Below are positions 36,657 through 45,262 of a DNA stretch of 64,000 nucleotides, one piece after another. Position 1 is the first letter of the stretch, and each line of letters starts with the position of its first letter. A program made the position numbers and the translations under genes. The notes under the pieces are model-generated. The model made no database searches, was not told where the DNA came from, and saw nothing but the letters and a program-made list of their open reading frames with translations. Origin of the DNA: a virus (lineage: Duplodnaviria; Caudoviricetes); the IMG/VR virus record IMGVR_UViG_3300049009_000811, positions 32,001 through 96,000 of that record. One strand, 5' to 3'.

Positions 36657-37064
36657 TTACTTCTTGATTTTAGGGTCCTTGTTCGCTTCGGGCGTGATGG
36701 CTACTGGTTCTGGGATCATCCAGCGGGCATGACCTTCCTTCGTGAAGTTGAACTGCTTTATGGCGGTGTGGTATCCGTCGGCGTACGAAGCCGTTCCGGC
36801 GACCTTCAGCGCCGAGTCCCATCCGTCCTGGAAAGAACCGGGGGATTGCGGTCCGCCCATTTTTATGAGCGCGTCCCTGTATCCGTCGTTGTAGGACGGC
36901 GATGTCTGCAGGGAGCCTATCTCGTTAGCCATCAGCGAGTTCTCGAACTTGAGTATCTGCGAGTACAGGTTCGCGCTTCTGGCGTCGTAGTCCTTGTAGG
37001 CTGCGAAAGCCAGGGAAACCAAGGTTGCCGCGCACGAAGCGACCAAAATCTTTCTCGAATCCAT
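36657..37064 (-). CDS. membrane-anchored hypothetical protein with Y.DG repeats
   Basis: AAGGAG RBS, N-terminal TM. Confidence 0.65.
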   Translation of the reverse strand: MDSRKILVASCAATLVSLAFAAYKDYDARSANLYSQILKFENSLMANEIGSLQTSPSYNDGYRDALIKMGGPQSPGSFQDGWDSALKVAGTASYADGYHTAIKQFNFTKEGHARWMIPEPVAITPEANKDPKIKK

Positions 37065-37138
37065 GAAAAACACTCCTTTCATTTTAGTGTTGCCGATAGG
37101 CAGTAGGTTACCAGCGACGGAAACAAAATCAATGGCAA

Positions 37139-37750
37139 TCAGGAGTTTTTTTCCAGTTTGTATTCGACCGCCACGTTTACCGTCATCGTGGGGACTCCGA
37201 TGTCGGTGCATATGTTGACCTTTTTGGCTTGCGCAGCCGTGAGGAAAAGGTCGGCGTTGTTCTTGTCGTGTAGCATCTCGAGGAAGAAGCCGGGTTTCTT
37301 CCCGCAGTTCTTCGACATGATCTTGAATATGAGCTTGTTGAGCCTGTCCGTCTCCTTCACGTCAGCCTTTATATCCTCCGTCTTGCCAAACGACCTTGAC
37401 GACACCTCGTGTATCATGAGGGTCGCGTGCGGGGACATGTACCTCCTGTCGCCCATGGCGAACAGTATGGCTCCGCACGACATTGCTTTGCTCTCGACTA
37501 TTGTGTGGCACGGGAGCGGACATGTCTCTATCCTGCCGACCATCTCCAGCAGGCTGTAGACTTCGCCGCCGTACGAGTCTACGACTATGGGGATGAACGG
37601 CTGCCCGGAGTTGGAAGCCTTGTCCATCTGTTCCGAGAAGTCCTGGCACGACGTCCCGGAGAAGTTCTTGACCCTGATGACGACCGGCTGGTCCATCAGT
37701 TCCTCGAGCTTGCACTTGATGGCTTTGTCCACTTTTATCGTCTTGTGCAT
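37139..37750 (-). CDS. clpP: ClpP-family serine protease
   Basis: VDSYGGEV, KAMSCGA (catalytic Ser), LMIHE (His), DLFLTA..A. Confidence 0.88.
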   Translation of the reverse strand: MHKTIKVDKAIKCKLEELMDQPVVIRVKNFSGTSCQDFSEQMDKASNSGQPFIPIVVDSYGGEVYSLLEMVGRIETCPLPCHTIVESKAMSCGAILFAMGDRRYMSPHATLMIHEVSSRSFGKTEDIKADVKETDRLNKLIFKIMSKNCGKKPGFFLEMLHDKNNADLFLTAAQAKKVNICTDIGVPTMTVNVAVEYKLEKNS

Positions 37751-37751
37751 T

Positions 37752-38609
37752 TCACCTCGGTTTTTCCAGGTATGACTTCGCCACGTTCGACATCCTCATG
37801 AACGCCATTGTCGGCGAGTATTCGGACAGAACCTTGAACGGGTTCCCGAAGGAGAAGTATTCCGGCGGCTTGAATCCGAACATGTTCTTGCTGAATATAG
37901 GCATGTATCCGTTTCTGTAGCTTATAAAGCTTTTGGGATGGTTGCTGAAAAGGTCGCAGTCGAGCTCGTATGTCCCCAGCGCGTTGTACTTGCCGACATA
38001 CTTGTGCAGCTGCACGTTCATGGCTACGTTGACGCTTTCCGACCAAGGTTCCTTCCCGGACTTGATCTGGTTGAATATGTACTGCTCGCACAGGTTTATT
38101 GTCTCGTCGAAGAATTCGCTAGGGAAGCCGCCGAAGAACATGGTCCCGTAGGCGCTCGGCCATTTTTCCGAAGTCAATTCCTTTGGGTCGATGCCGAAGT
38201 GTTCCTTGAAGCCGGTCTTCCCGTCTATGAACTCGGGGGTGAAGTAAGGGTCGATCTGGAACCGGCAGAAAACCTGATCTTGGATGTCCTGGGGCTTGCT
38301 GAATATGATGGAGTCGAGGTCGAGCATGACGAACTGGTCGGATAGAGCCTTGTCCTTCATGGCGAAGCTGACCGCGTAAAGCTTGTTGAGCGTCTCGAAC
38401 CCCCTGACTTCGCCTATGTTCGTGTGCACGAACTTTCTGGCGTGGTTGTTGATGTTCGACGAGAATTCGGGCAGCAGTTTCGAGTCTTCCCTCGAGGCGA
38501 TGCATATCAGGAGCTTGTCCTCCAGCCCGATGGTCTTGAAGCTCTCTATCATAAGCTCAAGCTGCCACTGGTTTTGCGGGGTAAGCTCTGTGCTCACGAA
38601 AAAATCCAT
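37752..38609 (-). CDS. putative GT-A glycosyltransferase-like protein
   Basis: WQLEL..SF, NK and DLD (DxD) motifs; weak. Confidence 0.45.
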   Translation of the reverse strand: MDFFVSTELTPQNQWQLELMIESFKTIGLEDKLLICIASREDSKLLPEFSSNINNHARKFVHTNIGEVRGFETLNKLYAVSFAMKDKALSDQFVMLDLDSIIFSKPQDIQDQVFCRFQIDPYFTPEFIDGKTGFKEHFGIDPKELTSEKWPSAYGTMFFGGFPSEFFDETINLCEQYIFNQIKSGKEPWSESVNVAMNVQLHKYVGKYNALGTYELDCDLFSNHPKSFISYRNGYMPIFSKNMFGFKPPEYFSFGNPFKVLSEYSPTMAFMRMSNVAKSYLEKPR

Positions 38610-38678
38610 AAAATCTCCTTTGTTGTGTTTAAATTAGTGTGGAAAAGACTAAAATGTAATCAGAAAGGCGGTTTGAAC

Positions 38679-39266
38679 ATGAAAGCTTTGACATTAACAT
38701 TGGCGGTGGCGGTCGCGTCCATCCTCTACCTTGGGGTTTCTCCCAAGCTCGAGGCTGGCTGAAACGACGACAACGGTTTCGTTGTCGTTCCCCCGCCGGT
38801 CGGCGGATACGGCAATCTTGACGGCTTGGACACGAGAGACAGGCTTCGTCTGGAGGACGACTACAAGTACATGGTCTACCTCGCCAGGCAACTGGTCACG
38901 ATGGACCAGACCATGTTCGAGGCGGCGCTGAACAGGAGCGACAGGCGCGTCAAGTCAGCGGCTCTGGCTATAGCTCACAAGTACGAGGAGAAGTACCTCG
39001 AAGACCTTATCTCCAACATCGACTCGGACGAGCTTCTGGTCAGCCAGGCTGCCAGATACAGCCTAATACAGATAAGCAACCTTTACTTGGGAGGCAAGAA
39101 CTTCGTCGACTTCGGTCCCATGATCACGCACGACAGGGACACCAAGAGTTCCATAGCTTTCCTGTGGAAGGCTTGGTTCGGCAAGGCTGTGAAGGAAGGG
39201 AAAAAATGCAAGGGTTCACAGACGATCCAGAAGTCGACCGCGAAAACCCCGACGCAGAAGAAGTGA
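38679..39266 (+). CDS. secreted HEAT-like protein with in-frame TGA at codon 28 (recoded, or pseudogene)
   Basis: Signal peptide MKALTLTLAVAV..LEAG, then TGA (38760-38762), then the same frame stays open to 39266; hairpin at 38766-38789. Confidence 0.6.
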
Positions 39267-39472
39267 CATTGAAGTCGGATGAAATAGGAAGTGACGAGCG
39301 TGTGTGCTGCAACTGCAAGCATTTACTCTGGGGAATAGCTCTCGGGATCGGCTTGCGATGCACAGAACCGAAGAACCACGATAGGTCTTCGGGAAACATG
39401 CCACCGATGGTGCCAAGCAGGAGGCACACCTGTGCCGGATTCGAGTTTCGCCATCCGCCTAGCAAAGATTGA
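39263..39472 (+). CDS. small Cys-rich protein
   Basis: GTGA overlap; CCNCKH...C...C. Confidence 0.55.
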   Translation: MTLKSDEIGSDERVCCNCKHLLWGIALGIGLRCTEPKNHDRSSGNMPPMVPSRRHTCAGFEFRHPPSKD

Positions 39473-39802
39473 TCATCGGCTACTGGTCCCGTGCCATGAG
39501 TTGATCCTCTGACCTATCCACCTCATGACGTTGGTAGCCATCGAGTTGCCGATAGCCTTGTACCTCGGACTGTCTGGGCAGACCTCGGATGGCTTGCCCC
39601 TATAGGGTATCTGAGTCCAGTTGTCCGGGAATCCCTGCAGCCTCTCGCATTCCACTGCCGTAAGGTGTCTCACTTTACCGCCTGCGGCGATGTGCATCCT
39701 AGGCAGGGAATCCTTCCCTCCACTGGCACCGTGGTGCTTGTAGAAGCAAGAGGTTATGGTGTCGGAGATATTCTGGAATACCACCTGCTCGATTTCAATC
39801 AT
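39473..39802 (-). CDS. stand-alone C5-methyltransferase C-terminal module
   Basis: SDTITS...RHLTAVECERLQGFPDNWT...RYKAIGNSMA; ATGA coupling, AAGGA RBS. Confidence 0.75.
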   Translation of the reverse strand: MIEIEQVVFQNISDTITSCFYKHHGASGGKDSLPRMHIAAGGKVRHLTAVECERLQGFPDNWTQIPYRGKPSEVCPDSPRYKAIGNSMATNVMRWIGQRINSWHGTSSR

Positions 39803-40335
39803 AAATCCTTCTTTTCGCAAAAAGTTGGATTGCGTAGTTCCTGATCCTTCCTCAAGATCCTCTGACCTATCCACCGCATGACGTTGACAGCCATCGAGTT
39901 TCCCAGAGCCTTGTACCTCGGACCGTCGGGGCATTTGTCTTCCGGCTTGTTCCTGTACGGCACAAGAGTCCAGTTGTCCGGGAATCCCTGCAACCTCTCG
40001 CATTCGGTCGTGGTCATCCTCCTGATGTACATTTCGGTCACGGTCGATTCCAGTTTCACTGCGACCACGGACTGGTCGGCGTTGTGACCAGGGCTGTTCG
40101 TCTGACCGCCGCCACGGCTCGATCTTCCCATTAGCGTAGCCGAGACCTCTGGAGTGTAGACGAATTCCTGTTTCACCACCGCCACTCCAGGGATCACCGC
40201 GGTCCTGAGCGTGAATGCCGGTTCTCCCTCTTTTCCCCATCCGGCGGTCTGCTTCCTGGTCGGAGAAAGTGAGCAAAGGTCCATCGGGTCTTTCAGCGGA
40301 ACGCAGGAGACGCTGTCTTTCTTCTTGTCAATCAT
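39799..40335 (-). CDS. stand-alone C5-methyltransferase C-terminal module (two TRD-like units)
   Basis: AFTLRT, SATLMG, RRMTTTECERLQGFPD, RYKALGNS; ATGA coupling. Confidence 0.75.
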   Translation of the reverse strand: MIDKKKDSVSCVPLKDPMDLCSLSPTRKQTAGWGKEGEPAFTLRTAVIPGVAVVKQEFVYTPEVSATLMGRSSRGGGQTNSPGHNADQSVVAVKLESTVTEMYIRRMTTTECERLQGFPDNWTLVPYRNKPEDKCPDGPRYKALGNSMAVNVMRWIGQRILRKDQELRNPTFCEKKDL

Positions 40336-42290
40336 ATTTGACCGCCATCCTTCATCGCCACCCTCTGACCTATCCACCGCATGACGTTGGTAGCCATCGA
40401 GTTGCCTAAAGACTTGTACCTCGGACCGTCGGGGCATTTGTCCGCGTCCTTCTTCCTGTACGGTATCTTGGTCCACAAGTCCGGGAAGCCCTGCAGCCTC
40501 TCGCACTCTATCGGGGTCAACCTCCGCACCACCATGTGCTGGAACACCATCCCGACATGGTCGCCGTCCGACCTGCTGGCGCGTATCGTCTGCGAGGTGT
40601 CGCTTACCGTCTGGCTGTAGCCGTCGAAAGCGAGAACGTCTTGCTCCTGCTCGAGCAACACCATTCCCATCTTGTCGCAGTCCGACCCGGTACGGATCGT
40701 CTGGGAGGTCGTGGACAGAGTCTGATTGTATCCGTCGAACGCCATGGCTTCTTGCTTCTGCTCGAGAATGTAGTTGGTCTGCTTAGCCCCGGACTCCGCA
40801 GCCAGAGCCCCGGCTATCTGCCCGTCGCCTGATATGAACCTCACCTCGTCACGGGTGTTCTGCTGGAACGCGGATTTGATGACATGGCTTGGTCTGCTGG
40901 GTCGGTTCTCTCCCTCGGCTCGAAGCGTTCCGGAGACCTCGTCCTTCACCCAGTAACCGTGACCAGATTCCCGCATGCACTCCGACTCTACCACGTAAGC
41001 CTGCGCGCACGGAGCCCCGCTCAGTTCGGGAGTGGAAACCTGGATCGCTTCGGCGCTTGTCGTGGCTATGATGTGTCCGTTCATGATCGACTGGTGGGTC
41101 AGCTTGCCCCCGCCGCACTGCGTGTCCAGGCACCCGGCTGTCTCCGGGATCTGGTGCTTGACGAAAAGGCTACCGTTGTCGGCGCTGGCGTTTCCGTTCC
41201 ATTTCGTGCCGTACGCTGCGGTGAGGCAGTCAGCCGTCTCCCTGAAAGGTACTGGCTTGCCTTGGCTGTTGGAATCCGCTATCGCCGGCGGGTGAGCCCC
41301 CGAAGCGAGAGGGTGGCAAGGGTCGCCCGGCTTAGGGTTGCTGTAGTTGGACGCGCTGGTTATCTGCGTGGTGTCGAACGGCAGGACGCCGTTCTCATCC
41401 TTGCTGGTCGACGAGTAGTCCTGGACCGACCTCTTCGGCGGCGAGTCTAATCTTTTTTTTTGAGGCACAGCCTGTATGTAGCCGGCGTCCACGCCCTGGT
41501 TGCAAGCGAAATTGCCGGCGTCATGTCCGTTCGGACCGGTGTTGCATGCCAGAGTACCGACCGTCTCGGACCTGCTCGGCGGGGAATCTATTCTGGGTCT
41601 TTCGTCTCTGGATCTTTCGTCGAGACTTCCCGAAGAGCCGACTCCAGAGTCGGAGGGAGCTTCTTGCCCCTGCGCTCCGCCCTCGACAGTATCCCCCTGC
41701 ACGCTCGCCCACTCAAAAAGAATCTCTGCGGGATCTGCCCCGTCTCTAGGACAGCTGACAACGAACACACGCTTGCGCCGTTGTGCCAGGTTGAAATATT
41801 GGGCATCGAGGCATCGCCACGCGATTGCTCTTTTGGGTCCATACACACAACCAGAGTCCTTCCATTTTCCCCCTGGCGGTCGAATTTCACAATCTTCGCC
41901 GGCAAGCGCTCCCAGAAAGCATCCGAATGCGTTGTCCTTTGAGCTGAGTACCCCTGGCACGTTTTCCCAGATGATGTACTTTGGGTTGAACTTGTCTGCG
42001 ATCTGCACGAAGGTGATTGAGAGGCTTCCTCGTGCGTCCTCGAGTCCGCGCCGCAGTCCTGCGACTGAGAAGGCTTGGCATGGAGTTCCTCCGACGAGGA
42101 TGTCGACGTCTCCGATATTCCAGTTTCTGTATTCATTCATGTCTCCTAGGTTTGGAACGTTTGGGAATCTGTGGGCTAGAACCGCGGCGGGGAAGGCGTC
42201 TATCTCGGAGAAAGCAACTGGCTCCCAACCGAAATCGTGCCAGGCTACGCTGGCTGCCTCTATGCCCGAACAAACTGACAAATACTTCAT
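40332..42290 (-). CDS. DNA (cytosine-5) methyltransferase with about 8 tandem TRD-like units
   Basis: SVCSGIEA (I), GGTPCQ (IV), WENVPG (VI), QRRKRVF (VIII), ERLQGFP (IX), GNS (X). Confidence 0.92.
   Translation of the reverse strand: MKYLSVCSGIEAASVAWHDFGWEPVAFSEIDAFPAAVLAHRFPNVPNLGDMNEYRNWNIGDVDILVGGTPCQAFSVAGLRRGLEDARGSLSITFVQIADKFNPKYIIWENVPGVLSSKDNAFGCFLGALAGEDCEIRPPGGKWKDSGCVYGPKRAIAWRCLDAQYFNLAQRRKRVFVVSCPRDGADPAEILFEWASVQGDTVEGGAQGQEAPSDSGVGSSGSLDERSRDERPRIDSPPSRSETVGTLACNTGPNGHDAGNFACNQGVDAGYIQAVPQKKRLDSPPKRSVQDYSSTSKDENGVLPFDTTQITSASNYSNPKPGDPCHPLASGAHPPAIADSNSQGKPVPFRETADCLTAAYGTKWNGNASADNGSLFVKHQIPETAGCLDTQCGGGKLTHQSIMNGHIIATTSAEAIQVSTPELSGAPCAQAYVVESECMRESGHGYWVKDEVSGTLRAEGENRPSRPSHVIKSAFQQNTRDEVRFISGDGQIAGALAAESGAKQTNYILEQKQEAMAFDGYNQTLSTTSQTIRTGSDCDKMGMVLLEQEQDVLAFDGYSQTVSDTSQTIRASRSDGDHVGMVFQHMVVRRLTPIECERLQGFPDLWTKIPYRKKDADKCPDGPRYKSLGNSMATNVMRWIGQRVAMKDGGQI
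41588..42136 (-). CDS. nested alternative-frame ORF inside the C5-MTase (beta-subunit-like); true start uncertain
   Basis: CSLSAVLE...FFLSGRACRGILSRAERRGKKLP..LESAL; counterpart in the paralog at 43014. Confidence 0.55.
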   Translation of the reverse strand: MNTETGISETSTSSSEELHAKPSQSQDCGADSRTHEEASQSPSCRSQTSSTQSTSSGKTCQGYSAQRTTHSDAFWERLPAKIVKFDRQGENGRTLVVCMDPKEQSRGDASMPNISTWHNGASVCSLSAVLETGQIPQRFFLSGRACRGILSRAERRGKKLPPTLESALREVSTKDPETKDPE

Positions 42291-42303
42291 CGCGAATCTC
42301 CTT

Positions 42304-43641
42304 TTATTTTTCCGACTCGACCCGCTCGCCTATCCAGCGCATCACGTTTACGCACATGGAGTTGCCGATAGCCTTGTACCTCGGACCGTCTGGGCATGCC
42401 TCGGCTGGCTTGCCCCTGTATGGTATCTGAGTCCAGTTGTCCGGGAATCCCTGCAGCCTCTCGCACTCTATGGGAGTGAGCTTCCTCACGATCATGGAGT
42501 GGTGGAGAGACATCTGGTTGTCGCCGGGTTCCTTCCTCAGCGTGCCGCATATGTCCTCCCAGTAGTAGCCACCCATCCTGGACATTGCTCCCGGCTCGAA
42601 GGTCGCCGGATGCATCACGAGGCTTCCGCCCTGGTTCTTGCTCGGGTCCGGCACCGAAGTGTCAAGGGTCTTTATCGTTTCCACTTCCCTGCAGCCGCTG
42701 TGCGGGTTGCTTGATTTCATCGAGTTGCTCGATTTTGAGTCGAACGAGTACACGACCGCGGGCTGCGCGACCCCGTGCACGCAGGCTGAGGTTATGGTGT
42801 TGGATGGGTCGCCCTCGGAGCCTACGCCGAGACCCTGCCTGTTCATCGCGTCCATCTTTTTCGGGTCTCGGCAGGCGTTGCGGAGGTCGAGGGGTATGGC
42901 TTGGACAGCCACGTGCCTCTGCTTGCTGCCCTGGAGGGCATCAAGCGTGTTCGTGACATCGGTCTCGACATAGCAGCCGCCGGTGTCGCCGAAATTCTGG
43001 GGCTTGTACAGGGTCACTCCGTCTTGTTCGCAACCGCCTCCAGAGCGTTCTTGAGCTTCTCTGGAAGCTGCTTTTTTCTTTCCTCTGCTCTTCGCAGTAT
43101 CCCTAGACACGCTTTCTGACTTAAAAAGTACTTTTGCTGCACGTTCCTGGTCTCCAAGACACCCAACAACGAACACCCTTCGTCTCCGTTGCGGAACTCC
43201 GAACCCCGAAGCGTCCAGGACCCTATATGCCCACCCGTACCCCAGTTCCCCCAGCCCCCCGAGGAAGGTTCCAAAATCCCTTCCTCCGTGGCTTGAAAGC
43301 ACCCCGGGGACATTTTCCCAGACAATCCATCTAGGTTTTCTACTTCTAGCGATCTCAAGAAATCTGAGCATGAGACCGCCCCTTGGGTCGCTGAGCCCTT
43401 TTCGCAGTCCCGCGACTGAGAAGCTCTGGCATGGGGTTCCTCCGACGAGCAGGTCGATTGGATCGATGTCCCATCGTTCATGTTCATTCATGTCTCCTAG
43501 GTTTGGTACGTTCGGGAATCTTGTCTTGAGAATCTCGCAAGGGAATTTCTCTATCTCTGAGAAGGCTACTGCTTCCCAGCCCATGTGGTGCCAAGCCGAG
43601 GTCGCGGCTTCTATGCCGGAACAGACCGATAGGTATTTCAT
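42304..43641 (-). CDS. DNA (cytosine-5) methyltransferase with about 4 TRD-like units
   Basis: All C5-MTase motifs, as above. Confidence 0.92.
   Translation of the reverse strand: MKYLSVCSGIEAATSAWHHMGWEAVAFSEIEKFPCEILKTRFPNVPNLGDMNEHERWDIDPIDLLVGGTPCQSFSVAGLRKGLSDPRGGLMLRFLEIARSRKPRWIVWENVPGVLSSHGGRDFGTFLGGLGELGYGWAYRVLDASGFGVPQRRRRVFVVGCLGDQERAAKVLFKSESVSRDTAKSRGKKKAASREAQERSGGGCEQDGVTLYKPQNFGDTGGCYVETDVTNTLDALQGSKQRHVAVQAIPLDLRNACRDPKKMDAMNRQGLGVGSEGDPSNTITSACVHGVAQPAVVYSFDSKSSNSMKSSNPHSGCREVETIKTLDTSVPDPSKNQGGSLVMHPATFEPGAMSRMGGYYWEDICGTLRKEPGDNQMSLHHSMIVRKLTPIECERLQGFPDNWTQIPYRGKPAEACPDGPRYKAIGNSMCVNVMRWIGERVESEK
43014..43487 (-). CDS. nested alternative-frame ORF inside the C5-MTase (beta-subunit-like); true start uncertain
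   Basis: CSLLGVLE...KYFLSQKACLGILRRAEERKKQLPEKLKNAL. Confidence 0.55.
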   Translation of the reverse strand: MNMNDGTSIQSTCSSEEPHARASQSRDCEKGSATQGAVSCSDFLRSLEVENLDGLSGKMSPGCFQATEEGILEPSSGGWGNWGTGGHIGSWTLRGSEFRNGDEGCSLLGVLETRNVQQKYFLSQKACLGILRRAEERKKQLPEKLKNALEAVANKTE

Positions 43642-43728
43642 GGGGTCGCCTTTCCGCTTCTGGCATAGAAACTATCATCTTGCCGATTAAGGAGTATAAG
43701 CGATAAACAATTAAAAATAAATAGATCT

Positions 43729-45195
43729 TCAGGAACCAATGTTGTCCAGGAACCTTTTTGTGGACAAAAGCCTTCTGGTCCGCTCGAAATCATCGCCTTT
43801 GGGGCTGTGACCGAGCATGTTGACATACGCGGGGTTGACCTTCTTGCCGAAGACGGTGTCGACGTAGGGGCTCAAATCGGAGTCGTCATGGCTGAGGAAC
43901 GAGCCCATCTGCGGACCGTCGAACCTGCCCATCTTCATCCAGTCCTTGATCTTGCCCTTCGTGAGTCCCGTCTTGGCGCTCTTGAGGTCATAGAACATGG
44001 ACGGGTCGAAGTTGCTTTTGGACCACTTGTAGAGGCTCACGAGGTGGGCTATGTCGCCAGCCTCCTGCTTCGACCATCCGTTGCCGACAAGCATGTCCTT
44101 GAGCTCCTCGGAATCCTTGTCCTTGGTCAGCCAAGCCGTGGTCAGCCACCTGTCGCCCTTCATGTTGGTCGGCAGATCTTCCAGAGAGTAGTCCGGCATG
44201 ATGTTGCGGAGCAGACCGAGGCTGTCCATGAGCCTAAGGTATTTCCTGGAATCTATGTCCGGGTCTTCGATGCTCCCGAAGAACTCCTTCTTGGCGTAGT
44301 CCTTGGAAAGGTCTCCAATCCTCTCGTTCCCCTTTATGGCGCTGGCGTATTTCTTGGCGACGTCGTCGGGATTGCCGTATTTCGAAAGCATCCTAGCGTA
44401 CCGCATGGCGGTGCCCGGGTCTTCCTCTATCCTCGACTTGAAGTCGTCGTTGACGCTTACTATCTGGCTGTTCTTGAGGTGGTGCGCGCCGCCGTACGGG
44501 TCTATTAGGTCGGAGTTGTCGCCGTCGCTGTTGGTCAGCGGTATGTACATGGAGTTTATGGTGAAGTCCCTGTTGCTCGCGTCGTCCTCGAGTGATCCGG
44601 TAGCCTCGAAGGAATCGAGGTCGACCAGCTTGCTCTTGGATGACTTGGACATCGTGGAAAGCTCGAACTTCTCCCCGTTTATGACGATCGTGAATTCCGA
44701 CTCCTTTCCGCCCTTGTCCCACCTGGAGGCGTAGAAGTACTTGTTCCTGTTGCTTTCCTTGAGGAGTTTCGCGTATTTCTCGGACGAAGCCTTGCTTTCG
44801 TTCTTCGGCTTTATCTCGACGAACGAGTTTTCCGGGTGGCTCAGGATCATCCTTATCTCGCTGGCGGTGGCGTCGGTGACGAGGTTGTAGTTCTTCTGCG
44901 TCTTGTTCTTGAGGTGGTCCCTGACCGAGCCTCCGGACAGGTAAAGCGACTTCCTCTTGAGGGTCGGCTCAACCTCGCCCTTGCTTTTCTCTATGGTCGT
45001 GTACCCTATGCCCGTTTTGTCGCTGTTGTCGAAAGACTTCATGAGGATGCGGAGGTTAGCCCTGTTGCCCTTGGAGACGTTGAACGGCATGTAGTCGCTG
45101 TCCTTGCTCAGCCTGACCTTGGACATGACCGTGTTGTTCGGCTTTGTCTCGTTTTGTTCCCTGAATGCCATGAAACGTGAAAATTTGTTTTTCAT
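43729..45195 (-). CDS. CCA-adding enzyme / poly(A) polymerase homolog with degenerate active site
   Basis: GGSVRD...NYN (expected DxD), NRDFTINSM, DPYGG..L, EDPGT (expected EDxxR). Confidence 0.8.
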   Translation of the reverse strand: MKNKFSRFMAFREQNETKPNNTVMSKVRLSKDSDYMPFNVSKGNRANLRILMKSFDNSDKTGIGYTTIEKSKGEVEPTLKRKSLYLSGGSVRDHLKNKTQKNYNLVTDATASEIRMILSHPENSFVEIKPKNESKASSEKYAKLLKESNRNKYFYASRWDKGGKESEFTIVINGEKFELSTMSKSSKSKLVDLDSFEATGSLEDDASNRDFTINSMYIPLTNSDGDNSDLIDPYGGAHHLKNSQIVSVNDDFKSRIEEDPGTAMRYARMLSKYGNPDDVAKKYASAIKGNERIGDLSKDYAKKEFFGSIEDPDIDSRKYLRLMDSLGLLRNIMPDYSLEDLPTNMKGDRWLTTAWLTKDKDSEELKDMLVGNGWSKQEAGDIAHLVSLYKWSKSNFDPSMFYDLKSAKTGLTKGKIKDWMKMGRFDGPQMGSFLSHDDSDLSPYVDTVFGKKVNPAYVNMLGHSPKGDDFERTRRLLSTKRFLDNIGS

Positions 45196-45262
45196 TTGAT
45201 TCCCCAAAAGTAAAAATACAAGATTATTTATCTTCCCTGACTCGATTTTTGAAACAAGAATG

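Noticed and set aside
40332-42290. Intein as the cause of the long methyltransferase insert
   Set aside because: No C/S...HN-C/S/T splice junctions or LAGLIDADG motifs; the insert is made of TRD-like repeats.
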